A stretch of 64,000 nucleotides of DNA from an uncultured bacterium. Its GTDB lineage: Bacteria > Fidelibacterota > Marinisomatia > Marinisomatales > J089. The notes beneath the pieces were generated by a model that saw nothing but the letters and a program-made list of their open reading frames with translations, did not search any database and was not told where the DNA came from. Position numbers and translations under genes: made by a program. The stretch spans positions 13,017 to 77,016 of the forward strand of contig CAZHTM010000005.1 of assembly GCA_964535735.1 (NCBI GenBank), written 5' to 3'. This document shows, piece after piece, positions 1 to 10,000 of the stretch (positions within the stretch are counted from its first letter, which is position 1; every line of letters starts with the position of its first letter).

Positions 1-1529
1 TTTCGATGGGACAAAAATCTCCGGTATAAACTGTTGTCGGAGAGGGAGTAAAAAAATTCTTTCAGCAACGGTTCGTCGCTTATTTTTACCGGCCGGAGGA
101 ATATTTCCAGCCCGGTTTTGGTGGTCCGGAAGGTTTCCAACTCTGCGGGATATTCGCCGCCTTTCCCTGGGATGATGGCCTGATCCGAATAGATAAGATG
201 CCGCTCTTTAGCCTTCTGGATCAGTTCCGGACGAAATTTGGGATGGGCTATGGCTATCAATTCCATGGCTCGCTCCCGGATATTTTTTCCGTGAAGATAG
301 GCAATGCCATATTCCGTAACTACATACTGAATATCACCCCGATTCAGGGTCACACCGGCGCCCTCTTTCAAAAAGGGAACAATGCGTGAGACAGTACCAT
401 TCTCGGCAGTAGACGGTAAAGTTAGAATGGTTTTTCCCCGACGAGCCTGTACGGCTCCGCGCATGAAATCGGCCTGCCCCCCAATGCCACTATAAAAATA
501 TTCTCCCAGCGATTCCGCCGTGGATTGACCCGTGAGATCAATCTCCAGCGCGGAGTTGATGGCGGTCATGCGGTCGTGTTCGGCAATGACCCTGGGATCA
601 TTCGTGTAATCTACAGCTTTAAATTCAATCCCCGGATTGTCATGGAGATACGTGTAGGTCTCCCGTGACCCCATGCAGAAACTGGCAATCGTTTTACCCG
701 TATTGATGGTCTTTCGGGAATTGTCAATGACACCCCGTTTCATCAAATCCACGATTCCATCGCCTAGTAATTCGGTATGAACCCCCAGGTGGCGTTTATC
801 CCGCAAGTTTTTCAGAATGGCGTTGGGTAAACTGCCATATCCAACCTGGATGGTATCGCCGTCCTCAATCAGACTGGCGACATGATGGCCAATTTTTTGA
901 GCCAGGTCACTGTCAGGAAATTCCTGGTATTCCAACAGCGGTTCATCATGCGGAATGATGTAATCCACTTCCCGAATGTGAAGAAAACCGTCTCCATGAA
1001 TGCGAGGCATGTTGTGGTTTACCTGTGCTATGACGAGACGGGCATTTTCAGTCGCGGATTTAACAATATCCACGCTGATTCCCAAACTCATATATCCGTG
1101 GCGATCGGGACACGATGTTTGAATCAGGGCTACATCAATGGGAATCAGGTTGTCCCGAAAGAGGTCGGGAACCTTTGATAAAAATATCGGGGTGTAATCC
1201 GCCAGTCCACGATTTACTGCTTCCCGAGTGGTATTACCAATAAAAAAGGAATTATACCGGAAGTTTCGTTGGTATTTGGGATTGGTGTACGGGGCTACAC
1301 CCAGAGACCAGACATGGAAAACTTCGGAATCAAAAATGGACTTGGGATTGTGTTCCACATATTCCACCAGAGCGTTGACCAGAAATTGGGGCTCGCCACA
1401 CCCGGTATGAATGAAAATACGATCACCGCGATGAATCTTGGCGAATACATCTGCAACCGGAAGAAATTTGGGGGCCATCTGAGTCCGAAGATGGTCCAAT
1501 TGACATGGTGTTTCTTTGGGTCTATCCAT
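1..1529 (-). CDS. Acetyl-CoA hydrolase/transferase family protein (4-hydroxybutyrate CoA-transferase-like) with the start of a GNAT-like C-terminal extension; 3-prime end runs off the window
   Basis: Absent from the ORF track because it leaves the window. My reverse-strand translation from the ATG (complement of 1527-1529) reads MDRPKETPCQLDHLRTQMAPKFLPVADVFAKIHRGDRIFIHTGCGEPQFLVNALVEYVEH and stays open to base 1. It contains YSGIGGQADFMRGA, typical of this family. The last codons (LFRPVKISDEPLLKEFFYSLSDNSLYRRF) resemble the start of a GNAT domain. Confidence 0.8.
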   Translation of the reverse strand, partial: MDRPKETPCQLDHLRTQMAPKFLPVADVFAKIHRGDRIFIHTGCGEPQFLVNALVEYVEHNPKSIFDSEVFHVWSLGVAPYTNPKYQRNFRYNSFFIGNTTREAVNRGLADYTPIFLSKVPDLFRDNLIPIDVALIQTSCPDRHGYMSLGISVDIVKSATENARLVIAQVNHNMPRIHGDGFLHIREVDYIIPHDEPLLEYQEFPDSDLAQKIGHHVASLIEDGDTIQVGYGSLPNAILKNLRDKRHLGVHTELLGDGIVDLMKRGVIDNSRKTINTGKTIASFCMGSRETYTYLHDNPGIEFKAVDYTNDPRVIAEHDRMTAINSALEIDLTGQSTAESLGEYFYSGIGGQADFMRGAVQARRGKTILTLPSTAENGTVSRIVPFLKEGAGVTLNRGDIQYVVTEYGIAYLHGKNIRERAMELIAIAHPKFRPELIQKAKERHLIYSDQAIIPGKGGEYPAELETFRTTKTGLEIFLRPVKISDEPLLKEFFYSLSDNSLYRRFLSHR

Positions 1530-1632
1530 TGACCTTTGCATCCCCCGGAATTGAACTATATGGTACGATTAACAGACGTGAAATTAGGGACCTTTACCCC
1601 AAGACTACACGACAATAAATTTAAAAGTAAGG

Positions 1633-2982
1633 TTATTTTTCTTTGGGAGGAAGGGTCTTGAATTCCAGTGTGAACGTGGTTCCCACCCCTTTTTCACTGG
1701 TCACGCCGATGGTCCCGCCATTCAGATCCACATACCGCTTTGCCAAGGATAGCCCCAGACCAATGCCCTGGTACTTTTTGGTGTAGCCCTGACTTTCCTG
1801 GGAAAAAGTGTCAAAAACTTTCTCCAAATATTCCCGACTCATTCCGATACCTGTATCCTGGATAATAACCTGTGCTTTATGACGTCGAGAGAGCAGGGTT
1901 ATGTCCACTCGGCCCCGGTCCGTATATTTGATACCGTTTCCTACCAGATTGGAAACTGCCTGATAAACGGAGTACCGATCCGCACGGATGAATAACGGTT
2001 CCGATTGTTGATGTAATTGGTATACAAGGCCCTTGTCTTTCGCCTGAGGCCGATGTTCCCGATAAACTTCGTTAACCAGCTCCGTCAAATTCAAACGGAC
2101 AGGTTTAATCTGAAATGTTCCGGCTTCAATTTGCGAGATATCTAATATTTCATGAACGGTATTCATAAGCCGTTCACTGCTCATTTCAATAATGTTAAAA
2201 TGATCCTTTTGATCGGGTGTCAAAAATGAATCTACCTCCTGTTTCACAACCTGGATAAATCCAAGTATCGAATTCAGCGGTGTCCGAATTTCATGGGACA
2301 TGTTCGCCAAAAATAATGTTTTTACTTTTTCCGATTGTTCCGCTTTCTCTTTGGCAACGCGTAATGCTTTATTCAATCGTATTAAATCTTTAACATAAAG
2401 TGTTCCAACGAATTCCCTTCTGAAAAAAAATGCAGCTAAAATAGAGGCCAATTCACAGATAATAAGTAGAAGAACTTCATCACCAAGATTTTCATTAATA
2501 AACGGAATGAGTAATAAAATAATGGACGTAATCAGGTTCAGTACATATTGTTCTTTCCAAAACCGATTATAAAAAAACGTGATAAAAAATATAGCCATGA
2601 GATTGGCGATAAAAACGGTATTGTGAGCCGGACCTGTCGTGGTGGTCAACCAGTACAAATAAATACCAATGAAGACAATTCCCGGAAGGAGTAAAATTGG
2701 AAAGACGCCCTCGCTTAAGCGGTCAAGATCGCGGATTTTCCAGACGCTAAGACCGTAGAGATTAAGTGTGAGCAGAACAATGACAAAAATCCGGATTCGA
2801 GAAAAGGTGTAACCATCTTCAAACAATAAAAAGTCAAATGGGATTAATAACGCCATAAATACAATTGACAGGATGGAAAAATATTTTGCGTAGTTAAGTT
2901 TATTTTCACGTAACCATATACGATAAATGCCCACGAGATTTTCGCGGTCAGCGGCGGGTTGGAAATACTTTTGTTCGTTCAA
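1633..2982 (-). CDS. Membrane-bound sensor histidine kinase (polytopic N-terminal sensor, HisKA + HATPase_c)
   Basis: N-terminal ~190 aa are hydrophobic helices. H-box [20 protein letters not shown]/G boxes [20 protein letters not shown]. TTG start with no obvious SD, so the start is uncertain. Confidence 0.85.
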   Translation of the reverse strand: [449 protein letters not shown]

Positions 2983-3074
2983 GGAAATTGAAGAAAGAGA
3001 GAGGGTTCGCGTGTAACGAAAATTATATAGTAATTAAATCATAAACAAAAAATTTAGACAATAATTACCCAAAA

Positions 3075-3098
3075 AATTTGTGAACAAGATCACAAATT
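3075..3098. promoter_or_regulatory. Perfect palindrome AATTTGTGA-N6-TCACAAATT (CRP/FNR-type TGTGA-N6-TCACA core); alternatively a weak AT-rich terminator hairpin for the upstream minus-strand gene
   Basis: 9-bp perfect inverted arms at 3075-3083 and 3090-3098. It lies about 105 nt upstream of the kinase start (2982) and 29 nt past the stop of 3127-3687. On the minus strand it is followed by TTTT. Confidence 0.45.
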
Positions 3099-3126
3099 CA
3101 GGGAGATATTTATGAATTGTAAGGGT

Positions 3127-3687
3127 TTAAGAGTCCAGTCGAATTACCAGCGCTTGCCCATTCACCGTCACCCTATTTTCCACAGATGAATCGGCTGTGA
3201 TCATAAATTGTTTGGGCCGGAGTTCAATCACAGATTTGATTTTTAATAGATGTCGAATATGTTGGTGTTTGGTGATCAATTTAGGCATCGAAATATCCAG
3301 CTGTGTTGGCCAAACTTTCAGTAGTTCAGGTCCAAATGGATCATATTTTATCCCACAATAGTGGCACATATAGACATAGAGCATTTTTTGTAAGTGTACC
3401 AGAATTGTGAGGAAAATCAGGTGGTTGGGACTTTTTTCCATCGTGCTGAAATATTCACGATCGAATTCGGCTTCAATGGCATCATCCCAGACCCGATATT
3501 GCCGCATCTTTAATTTTTCCTGGACCGGCCTATTGGGCAACACATTGAAAGAAATGGTGTTTTCAACTGTATCCTCGATGATCAGCCCTTCCGATCCGGA
3601 TAAAAAAGCCCCGGGTTGCTGATAAGAATACAAGTTCTTATTTGGATATAATCCCGGCTGGGGTATAGATAGCTGTTGTGGTTCCAT
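3127..3687 (-). CDS. Hypothetical protein (186 aa), family not recognised
   Basis: Clean ORF co-directional with its neighbours. I see no diagnostic motif; a hotdog-like fold is only a guess. Confidence 0.5.
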   Translation of the reverse strand: MEPQQLSIPQPGLYPNKNLYSYQQPGAFLSGSEGLIIEDTVENTISFNVLPNRPVQEKLKMRQYRVWDDAIEAEFDREYFSTMEKSPNHLIFLTILVHLQKMLYVYMCHYCGIKYDPFGPELLKVWPTQLDISMPKLITKHQHIRHLLKIKSVIELRPKQFMITADSSVENRVTVNGQALVIRLDS

Positions 3688-3746
3688 AAATTGTCCTTCG
3701 AAAGAATGTAGACATCGGGTTCCCGAACCCGACGTCGTTTATCTAA

Positions 3747-4532
3747 TTAATGACTGACCTGTTTTTTATATTCGTTTCTAAACCAGATCCGATAACTGGG
3801 AAACAGCATATTTGTCCGAGCAACATATTCCCGATAGGCTGGGAACCGTTGTCGTAGTGCAGTTTCTTCTTCCTGGGCAGATCGAATATAATAGATCGTA
3901 AGCACAACCAGATTAAGGGCAATCCAGAGAGAACCTGTGGATATGAACATTCCGGTCAACAATAAAATATTTGACATATAGATTGGATGCCGAATATACC
4001 GATATAACCCCTCCTGGATTATATCTTTGGGCATGTAGGAGTCAAAGCACGGACTGTAATGTTCTCCTAAATTGAGCTTGGCTGTAACGAATAACGCAAT
4101 CGCAATTGCGGCCACCGCCAATCCCAGGTAAAACAACATTAAGCTCTGATGGACAAGCAGAAAAATGGAACCGTGAGTTAGGTACGTCCCTATGGATGCA
4201 ACGATAGTGGTAAGTTGGATGTAGCGATATACAAACCGGAAACTGGCCGGAGAGTGGATTCGCTCATGTTTCCCCTTGGCGTAGCGACCATCTTTATGAT
4301 TATAGAAATGAGCAGATATGAAAGCCATGGTCAATGCAAACAGCGTTCCAATCAAACCATCCACTCCTACGTAACTCACCAATGATTTTAAGGACGCAAA
4401 GGGTGTCACCTGGACCATGGCCTCTTCTGTTTCAGCCAAAGCGATGCCACTGGTAAATAATACCAGTAACACCCAAGCAAACAAGAATCGCATAAGGATT
4501 CGTTGGGTTTTAGAATACATAATGCCCTCCAT
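3747..4532 (-). CDS. Isoprenylcysteine carboxyl methyltransferase (ICMT)/phospholipid methyltransferase family membrane protein
   Basis: Multi-TM protein with a C-terminal YRYIRHPIYMSNILLLTGMFISTGSLW motif (RHPxY...) typical of the ICMT/PEMT superfamily. Confidence 0.7.
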   Translation of the reverse strand: MEGIMYSKTQRILMRFLFAWVLLVLFTSGIALAETEEAMVQVTPFASLKSLVSYVGVDGLIGTLFALTMAFISAHFYNHKDGRYAKGKHERIHSPASFRFVYRYIQLTTIVASIGTYLTHGSIFLLVHQSLMLFYLGLAVAAIAIALFVTAKLNLGEHYSPCFDSYMPKDIIQEGLYRYIRHPIYMSNILLLTGMFISTGSLWIALNLVVLTIYYIRSAQEEETALRQRFPAYREYVARTNMLFPSYRIWFRNEYKKQVSH

Positions 4533-4555
4533 GCTATTATGTATAAAATTGTGAA

Positions 4556-4756
4556 TCAGGAACTGGATCCGGTTTCTTCGAAGGTCGTCCGTTCCGAATC
4601 TTCCAGATACCCACGATCAACCATCCAGTCTTCGACAATTTTCAAGAATTGATTATTCAATGACCGATAATTCCGATTGGCCAACTTCCGCGTGATTGTC
4701 CATATCCTCGACGGTAATCGAATGGAATGAACCTTCATTTCATTGGTCTTTTTCAT
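4556..4756 (-). CDS. Arc/MetJ-type ribbon-helix-helix DNA-binding protein (66 aa)
   Basis: N-terminal beta-strand region (HSIRLPSRIW) followed by SLNNQFLKIVEDWM, resembling Arc-like RHH domains. Confidence 0.5.
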   Translation of the reverse strand: MKKTNEMKVHSIRLPSRIWTITRKLANRNYRSLNNQFLKIVEDWMVDRGYLEDSERTTFEETGSSS

Positions 4757-4975
4757 TACCGGTCGTCTAATATAACATAATTTAACATTATGAAACAGTA
4801 TTTATCATATTTGTTTTCATTATGACGTGAGATGAGCTTGAACTAATCCGAAAAACCACGCATTGGAGTTGTGATTTCTACGTGAGTATTTCTCTGATCA
4901 GTCGGGGAAGTTTAAAACGAAAGTATAACTGATTGGAACGAAATTAAACATTAGTTAACAGTTTTATTTGATCAA

Positions 4976-5743
4976 TCAGGGAATCTTATTTTTTCTTGCG
5001 GTTTTCTCCTTGTTCTTATTCTGCGCACTACTTTGATTAATCAAATTCTGTGCTTTCTGCAAATCGTAATCGTTTGGATCAATTTCTTCCAGCTGTTTTT
5101 TTAATACATCCATGGTGGGGTTTTCAGTTCCTCCCATGAATTGTTGAATCTGTTTCAAAGACTCTTCCTGGGCTTCGGTTCCACTTACTCCACTCATTTT
5201 GGTTAACGAACCCATGGAAGGAAAACTTTCTTTCAATTTTGCGGCAAATGATTTCGATCCAGGAAAGATACGCCCCAATACATTATACACTTGTGGTGCG
5301 AATCCATTTAAATAATGATACGCCAATGATTGACGACGAATTTCTTTCACGTGGGGCACCGAGTCCGGCATAATGGCCAGAAGTGGCATAAGAGAACTGA
5401 TAATTAAGGCTCCTTTGATTCCTCCCAAGAGGGTCCCTCCTGAGTGATCCAACCAGCCAAGCAGTACTAACTTCATTATTTTTTTAACAAAACTGGCGAT
5501 AATAAATGACAATAACATGACACCTATAAAAACCAGAATAAATCCCAACGCTTTCTCTCCATTGGCTCCGATGGGATAAATCTGATGAATTAATCCTGAA
5601 GAGGATGGAATAGTTTGCAACCCAAGAATCAATCCAGCTACCACGCCGATTATTTTAAATAACTCGGTAATAAGCCCCTTTCGCAGACCGTTGAATGCAA
5701 AAAAGCCAATCACAACAAGTGCAACGATATCAAAGGCAATCAA
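4976..5743 (-). CDS. cvpA: CvpA family membrane protein with low-complexity C-terminal tail
   Basis: MIAFDIVALVVIGFFAFNGLRKGLITELFKIIGVVAGLILG and four TM helices match the CvpA architecture. Confidence 0.75.
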   Translation of the reverse strand: MIAFDIVALVVIGFFAFNGLRKGLITELFKIIGVVAGLILGLQTIPSSSGLIHQIYPIGANGEKALGFILVFIGVMLLSFIIASFVKKIMKLVLLGWLDHSGGTLLGGIKGALIISSLMPLLAIMPDSVPHVKEIRRQSLAYHYLNGFAPQVYNVLGRIFPGSKSFAAKLKESFPSMGSLTKMSGVSGTEAQEESLKQIQQFMGGTENPTMDVLKKQLEEIDPNDYDLQKAQNLINQSSAQNKNKEKTARKNKIP

Positions 5744-5863
5744 TGGTTACTCCTTTCAGTCTCCAGGTCTCAGGTACCTGGTTGGTACAGCATCCAAAAT
5801 CAGGATAGAAATTGGATCAGGACGATCAATTTTGCCACACCAAATTCATTAGAAAATTTATAT

Positions 5864-5892
5864 TTGACTTAATACAGATATAATTGTATACT
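5864..5892 (+). promoter_or_regulatory. Sigma-70-type promoter candidate TTGACT-N17-TATACT for the pilus operon
   Basis: TTGACT at 5864-5869, a 17-nt spacer, and TATACT at 5887-5892, in the divergent cvpA / merR-like intergenic region. Confidence 0.5.
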
Positions 5893-5911
5893 ACTCAACC
5901 GAGGTAAGGTT

Positions 5912-6025
5912 ATGAATCTTAGTTATCTTCATTCAAACGTGGGAGTTGTGTACCCAAAACCACTCAATGGTTGTACACCTTACTCTATAACCATTGAGTT
6001 AACGACACTGTCTACCATCCTATGA
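5912..6025 (+). CDS. Candidate 37-aa leader ORF (MNLSYLHSNVGVVYPKPLNGCTPYSITIELTTLSTIL) whose stop overlaps the merR-like ATG
   Basis: GAGGTAAGG lies 2-11 nt upstream of ATG 5912. Its TGA (6023-6025) overlaps ATG 6022 (ctATGA). It is below the ORF-track size cutoff and I translated it by hand. Confidence 0.25.
   Translation: MNLSYLHSNVGVVYPKPLNGCTPYSITIELTTLSTIL
5962..5999. promoter_or_regulatory. 11-bp perfect inverted repeat ACTCAATGGTT-N16-AACCATTGAGT in the leader upstream of the merR-like gene
   Basis: Arms at 5962-5972 and 5989-5999. It could be an operator or an RNA hairpin in the 5-prime leader. Confidence 0.4.
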
Positions 6026-6252
6026 CTACGTATCTAATCGGCGATTTAGCCATGAAAACCGGATTATCACTCCATACCCTCAATTACTATCTCCGAATAG
6101 GACTGATTAAAGAAGTGGGGCGTAGCGAAAGCAGTAATTATCGATATTTTAATGACCAGACCGTTGAAGAATTAACGCGGATTATTGACCTGCGCCTCAA
6201 GCATGTCCCTCTCCGTGAAATCAAATGGAGAAAAGAAAATGGAATATTATGA
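6022..6252 (+). CDS. Short MerR-family HTH transcriptional regulator (76 aa, no effector domain)
   Basis: IGDLAMKTGLSLHTLNYYLRIGLI...YRYFNDQTVEELTRIIDLR matches the MerR N-terminal winged HTH. It is the first gene of the co-directional pilus cluster. Confidence 0.75.
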   Translation: MTTYLIGDLAMKTGLSLHTLNYYLRIGLIKEVGRSESSNYRYFNDQTVEELTRIIDLRLKHVPLREIKWRKENGIL

Positions 6253-7069
6253 ACATTTGGGGCTAACCAAAGAACCTTTCTCCAATACTCCCGACCCGGA
6301 GTTTTTCTACCATTCCCATGAACATCAAGAAGCATTATATCGGTTAGAGATTGCTATTCGCATGCGGCGGGGGTTGAGCGTAATTCTGGGCGCGGTTGGC
6401 ACTGGAAAAACCACCTTGTCACGCATTCTTCTACAGCAATTTGATGGAGATCGCGACAAATTTGTGTTTCGGTTGATCTTAGATCCTAACTTTCAGTCCG
6501 AATACGAATTTATCAAAGCGATCATGGAAGTTTTCGATATTCGGTCAATTCCCAATTCTACTATTGAATGTAAAAATGTGCTTCAGAATCATTTATATAA
6601 AATTTCATTGATCGAGGAACGAAATCCTGTACTAATCCTGGACGAAGGACAAATGTTAACGCCTACGTTTATGGAAGTATTACGCAATCTTTTGAATTAC
6701 GAAACCAATAAACAAAAATTGTTACAGGTGGTCATTTTTGCCCAACCGGAGTTTCTGCTCAAATTAAAAAAGAAACCCAATTTCAATGATCGCATCGCAT
6801 TGGGATATTCCATCAATCCTCTAAATCAAGAAGAGACGGACGAATTAATTCGATTTCGATTGCAACAGGCTGGTGCAAACGGGAAAACAATCTTTAATGA
6901 AGAGGCTATTGAACACATTTATTTTTATACCAAAGGATCACCACGTCAGATTATCAATGTATGCCATGAGGCGCTCATCACCATGATCCGCAACGATAAA
7001 TCCTTGGTGGACGGCCCAGTGATTCAAGGTATTATTAAGCAAAGAGAAAAGTGGGACGCCCTTGTCTGA
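6239..7069 (+). CDS. ExeA/GspA/MshM-like AAA ATPase (secretin-assembly-associated family)
   Basis: MEYYEHLGLTKEPFSNTPDPEFFYHSHEHQEALYRLEIAI...GAVGTGKTTL matches the ExeA N-terminal consensus. I moved the start from 6185 to ATG 6239, where the family homology begins. Confidence 0.8.
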   Translation: MEYYEHLGLTKEPFSNTPDPEFFYHSHEHQEALYRLEIAIRMRRGLSVILGAVGTGKTTLSRILLQQFDGDRDKFVFRLILDPNFQSEYEFIKAIMEVFDIRSIPNSTIECKNVLQNHLYKISLIEERNPVLILDEGQMLTPTFMEVLRNLLNYETNKQKLLQVVIFAQPEFLLKLKKKPNFNDRIALGYSINPLNQEETDELIRFRLQQAGANGKTIFNEEAIEHIYFYTKGSPRQIINVCHEALITMIRNDKSLVDGPVIQGIIKQREKWDALV

Positions 7070-10000
7070 CTTTCAGGAAAATGCTACCAATCGACTTCTG
7101 GAAATCCTGAGAAAACAAGGGACGAAGTCACGGAAAAAGCCGAAACCGGCAGAACCGGATCCGAGTCCCAAAACGAAATCGGAGAGTCCAGAATCACAGT
7201 CCACCTCAATATCTTCTGCACAGGTCCATAAAGATCATGTGATAGACTTCCTACTAAGTGATCTGGAATTGGAACCAGCGGTTGAGGACTCCATTCCTGA
7301 AAAGGAATCTGTCGATGTTCCCGAAATACCGATAGAACCAATTGAGGAGCCTCGAGACACTGCACCTGAGATAACCATCGACGAATCGCCTGAAGATGAC
7401 GCGGCCGAACTGGTATTTCAAGCTGAACAACCGGAGCAGATTGAACCGGATGTTGCCTCCAGTTCACCGGCCGATGAAGACGACCAAGAATTAACATTTA
7501 TCCCGGATGATGAAGAAGGCGTGGGACCTCCCAAATTTGATGAATCTTCACCGCCCTCTGAAACCGGCGAAAAAGATGATCAAGAGGACTTCTCACTCAC
7601 GTTCAGGGATGAACAGGGCGTCGAACCGGCTGTTACAGAGGGCGACAGCGAAACAGCGGAACTCCCCTCGACGGAAGACTCTGAATTAAATCTGGAATTA
7701 GAGCCCTCACCTGCACCCTCTTCCTTAAAGGAGGAAGCGCCAGCAACAGATTTATCTCCGGATAGTGAAGATTCTGTCCTTGAATCCGATGAATTATTTG
7801 ACGAGACACTCGATTCCGCAGACACTCCACCGGAGAAAGACACACCTGTAGAAGAAGTACAAACATCAACTGAGGCTGAAACCACCCCTGAAGCGTCGGA
7901 ACCGGCACCTGAATCAGATTCCCCCGAGGGAACTGACGATATTGAATTTGATTTTGAAGCGTTAACCGAATCCTTAAAAGCAAACAAAAAACAAGCCCCC
8001 CCAGAGGGTTCGACAGATTTTGATTTTAGTCCGCTGGAATCCACAGAACCGGCCGTCATCGAAGATACTTCTGATGCTGAGCCGGAGTCTTTACCGGACG
8101 AGGAGCCAAAAGCAGAGGTGCCCACCAGCACAAGTGAAGAATCGCCAGAAGCAGAAGAACCGGACCAAAAACAAACGGTGGAGCCAACTGACAGTGAAGA
8201 GGATCCGTTTGCCAATGTAGATTTTGGCGGTCGTGAGCCTATTTCAACGGAGGAGCAGGAATCGGATACAACGACGGAAATCCCCGTTGAAACCGAGGAA
8301 CCGGAAGAAGATGTTTTGGCGGAAAAAGAGGAACAGGAAGAACCGACTCCGGACGAAGAAGATAATTTTGATGACTTTGATGATGATCTGGAAGAATCGG
8401 ACACGGTCACGTTTTTCTATCAGAAAGAAAAGAAATTTTCCGTTAAATATCTCTTGTCGAAAATTCGTCCAAATCGTTCCCGAATCGGTCTGGACATTGG
8501 CAGCTATGCCATTAAATATGTTCTGGCCAATGATATTAGTGGAGAAATCTCAATTGAAGATTTCGGTTATGTAAAAATACCCAGCAATATTCGGGGGAAT
8601 AAAAAAGAAACAGCCACATTTATAAAAAATACCGTTCGGTCTATTCTAAGTGAAAACGAACTTAAAAAATCCAAGATCAACTTACTAATTAGCGGATCAG
8701 ACATTGGAATTAAGAATATTCAGATGCCCAAAGTTGGGAAAAAGGAGCTACAGGAAGCCGTAAGATGGTCAACAAAAAAGCACCTTTCCTTTTCCGCTGA
8801 CGAATCGGTTCTGGACTTTAAGGTTTTAAAAGAGACCGTTGTTGATGGCGTTCCCAAATTAGATATTTTAGTGGTAGCGGCTTTGGAATCACTGGTGGAA
8901 GATCAGATCAGTTTTCTTTCAGGTCTGAAAATACCCAGTAAAATTCTTCCCACCCCGCTGGCCATGTGGCGGTATTATGTGGGTCATTACCCTACCGAGA
9001 ATCTGCAGAATGTGATGGTGATAGACATTGGACATGAAACGACCATGATCAATGTGATTCATGATCAGGAATTGCGGTTTGCTCGGGAAATCGGCGTATC
9101 CGGAAAAGATTTAACGGAAGCCTTAATCGGATCTATGACCACTTCGCGGGGAGAACGCGTTAATGTAGAAGAAGACCAGGCCGAATTCTTCAAAATCAAA
9201 TACGGGTTTCCACTAAAAGAAACTGAAAATCGAGTTACGGATGAAGATATTCCTCTGGTGCAACTCTCGTCCCGGCTCCGATCTCCCTTAGAAAAACTCG
9301 CGAACGAAATCCAACGATCCATTCAATATTACGCGAAGGAATTCTCCTTCGGTCCTATTGATAAAATCTACCTTTGCGGTGGCACCGCTAGTATGATGAA
9401 TTTAGTGGATTTTCTGTCTGATTATTTAAATATGGACGTTCAGGTCAGTGATCCTTTGAGGATTTGGACCATTGAAAAATCGTTATCAAACCTGGAACTC
9501 CTGGAAGATAATTCAACCGCTTTAGCGACGCCGGCTGGCATCTCCATCGATATTTCGCCAGAACTCAACCTTCTTCCACAAAAATACGTTCAGGAAACTC
9601 AGACACGGACGTTAAAAACAGTATTTCGTCTCTTTCTGTTAGCAGCGGTTGTATCGGTAGTAAGTTTATCAACCACAGTCTCCATGAAAGGGAAAACCTA
9701 TACATCTGAACTGGAATCTTTAAAACAACGGGTCGGCCAGATGTCCTCCCTTGAGAAGCAAGTTGTCCAATTACAGGAAACAAAAAAAGACGCACAAAAG
9801 AAAGTGGGTGTGCTGAAAAAAATGTTTAATGAACCCACATTCAACGTTCAAGTTTTACGCATCATCAGCAATTTGCTACCAGAAAATGTATCGTTGGAGT
9901 CGCTGGAAAACATCGGTCATATCACATCATCTTCGCAGGCACAAATCCGCTTAGTCGGATATATTGAAACCACAAAATATGACGCCAATGTTCGGTTAGC

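Noticed and set aside
198-1532. Four short plus-strand ORFs (198-389, 882-1178, 1228-1410, 1269-1532)
   Set aside because: They lie antisense to a continuous minus-strand reading frame with clear acetyl-CoA hydrolase/transferase homology that leaves the window. They are shadow ORFs.
4784-4826. TTCATTATGAAAC-like motifs upstream of the Arc-like gene that resemble the palindrome at 20689-20703 upstream of pilA
   Set aside because: These are AT-rich 10-11-mers. By rough expectation, a few chance matches of this length occur among about 4 kb of intergenic DNA, so I do not claim a shared regulator.
6185-6238. Upstream extension of the ExeA-like ORF (and similar N-terminal extensions at 13631, 20790, 33089, 40758, 46296 and 60053)
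   Set aside because: The extensions overlap upstream genes or precede the point where signal peptides or family homology begin. Internal ATGs with an RBS or stop-start overlap give better models.
7084-8574. Antisense and alternate-frame ORFs (for example the 276-aa Ser-rich ORF 7580-8410 and the Lys/Arg-rich ORFs 8020-8574)
   Set aside because: They mirror the GAA/GAT/CCG-rich codons of the acidic extension of the PilM-PilN gene. Their low-complexity composition and lack of start context mark them as artefacts of the repeat-like coding sequence.
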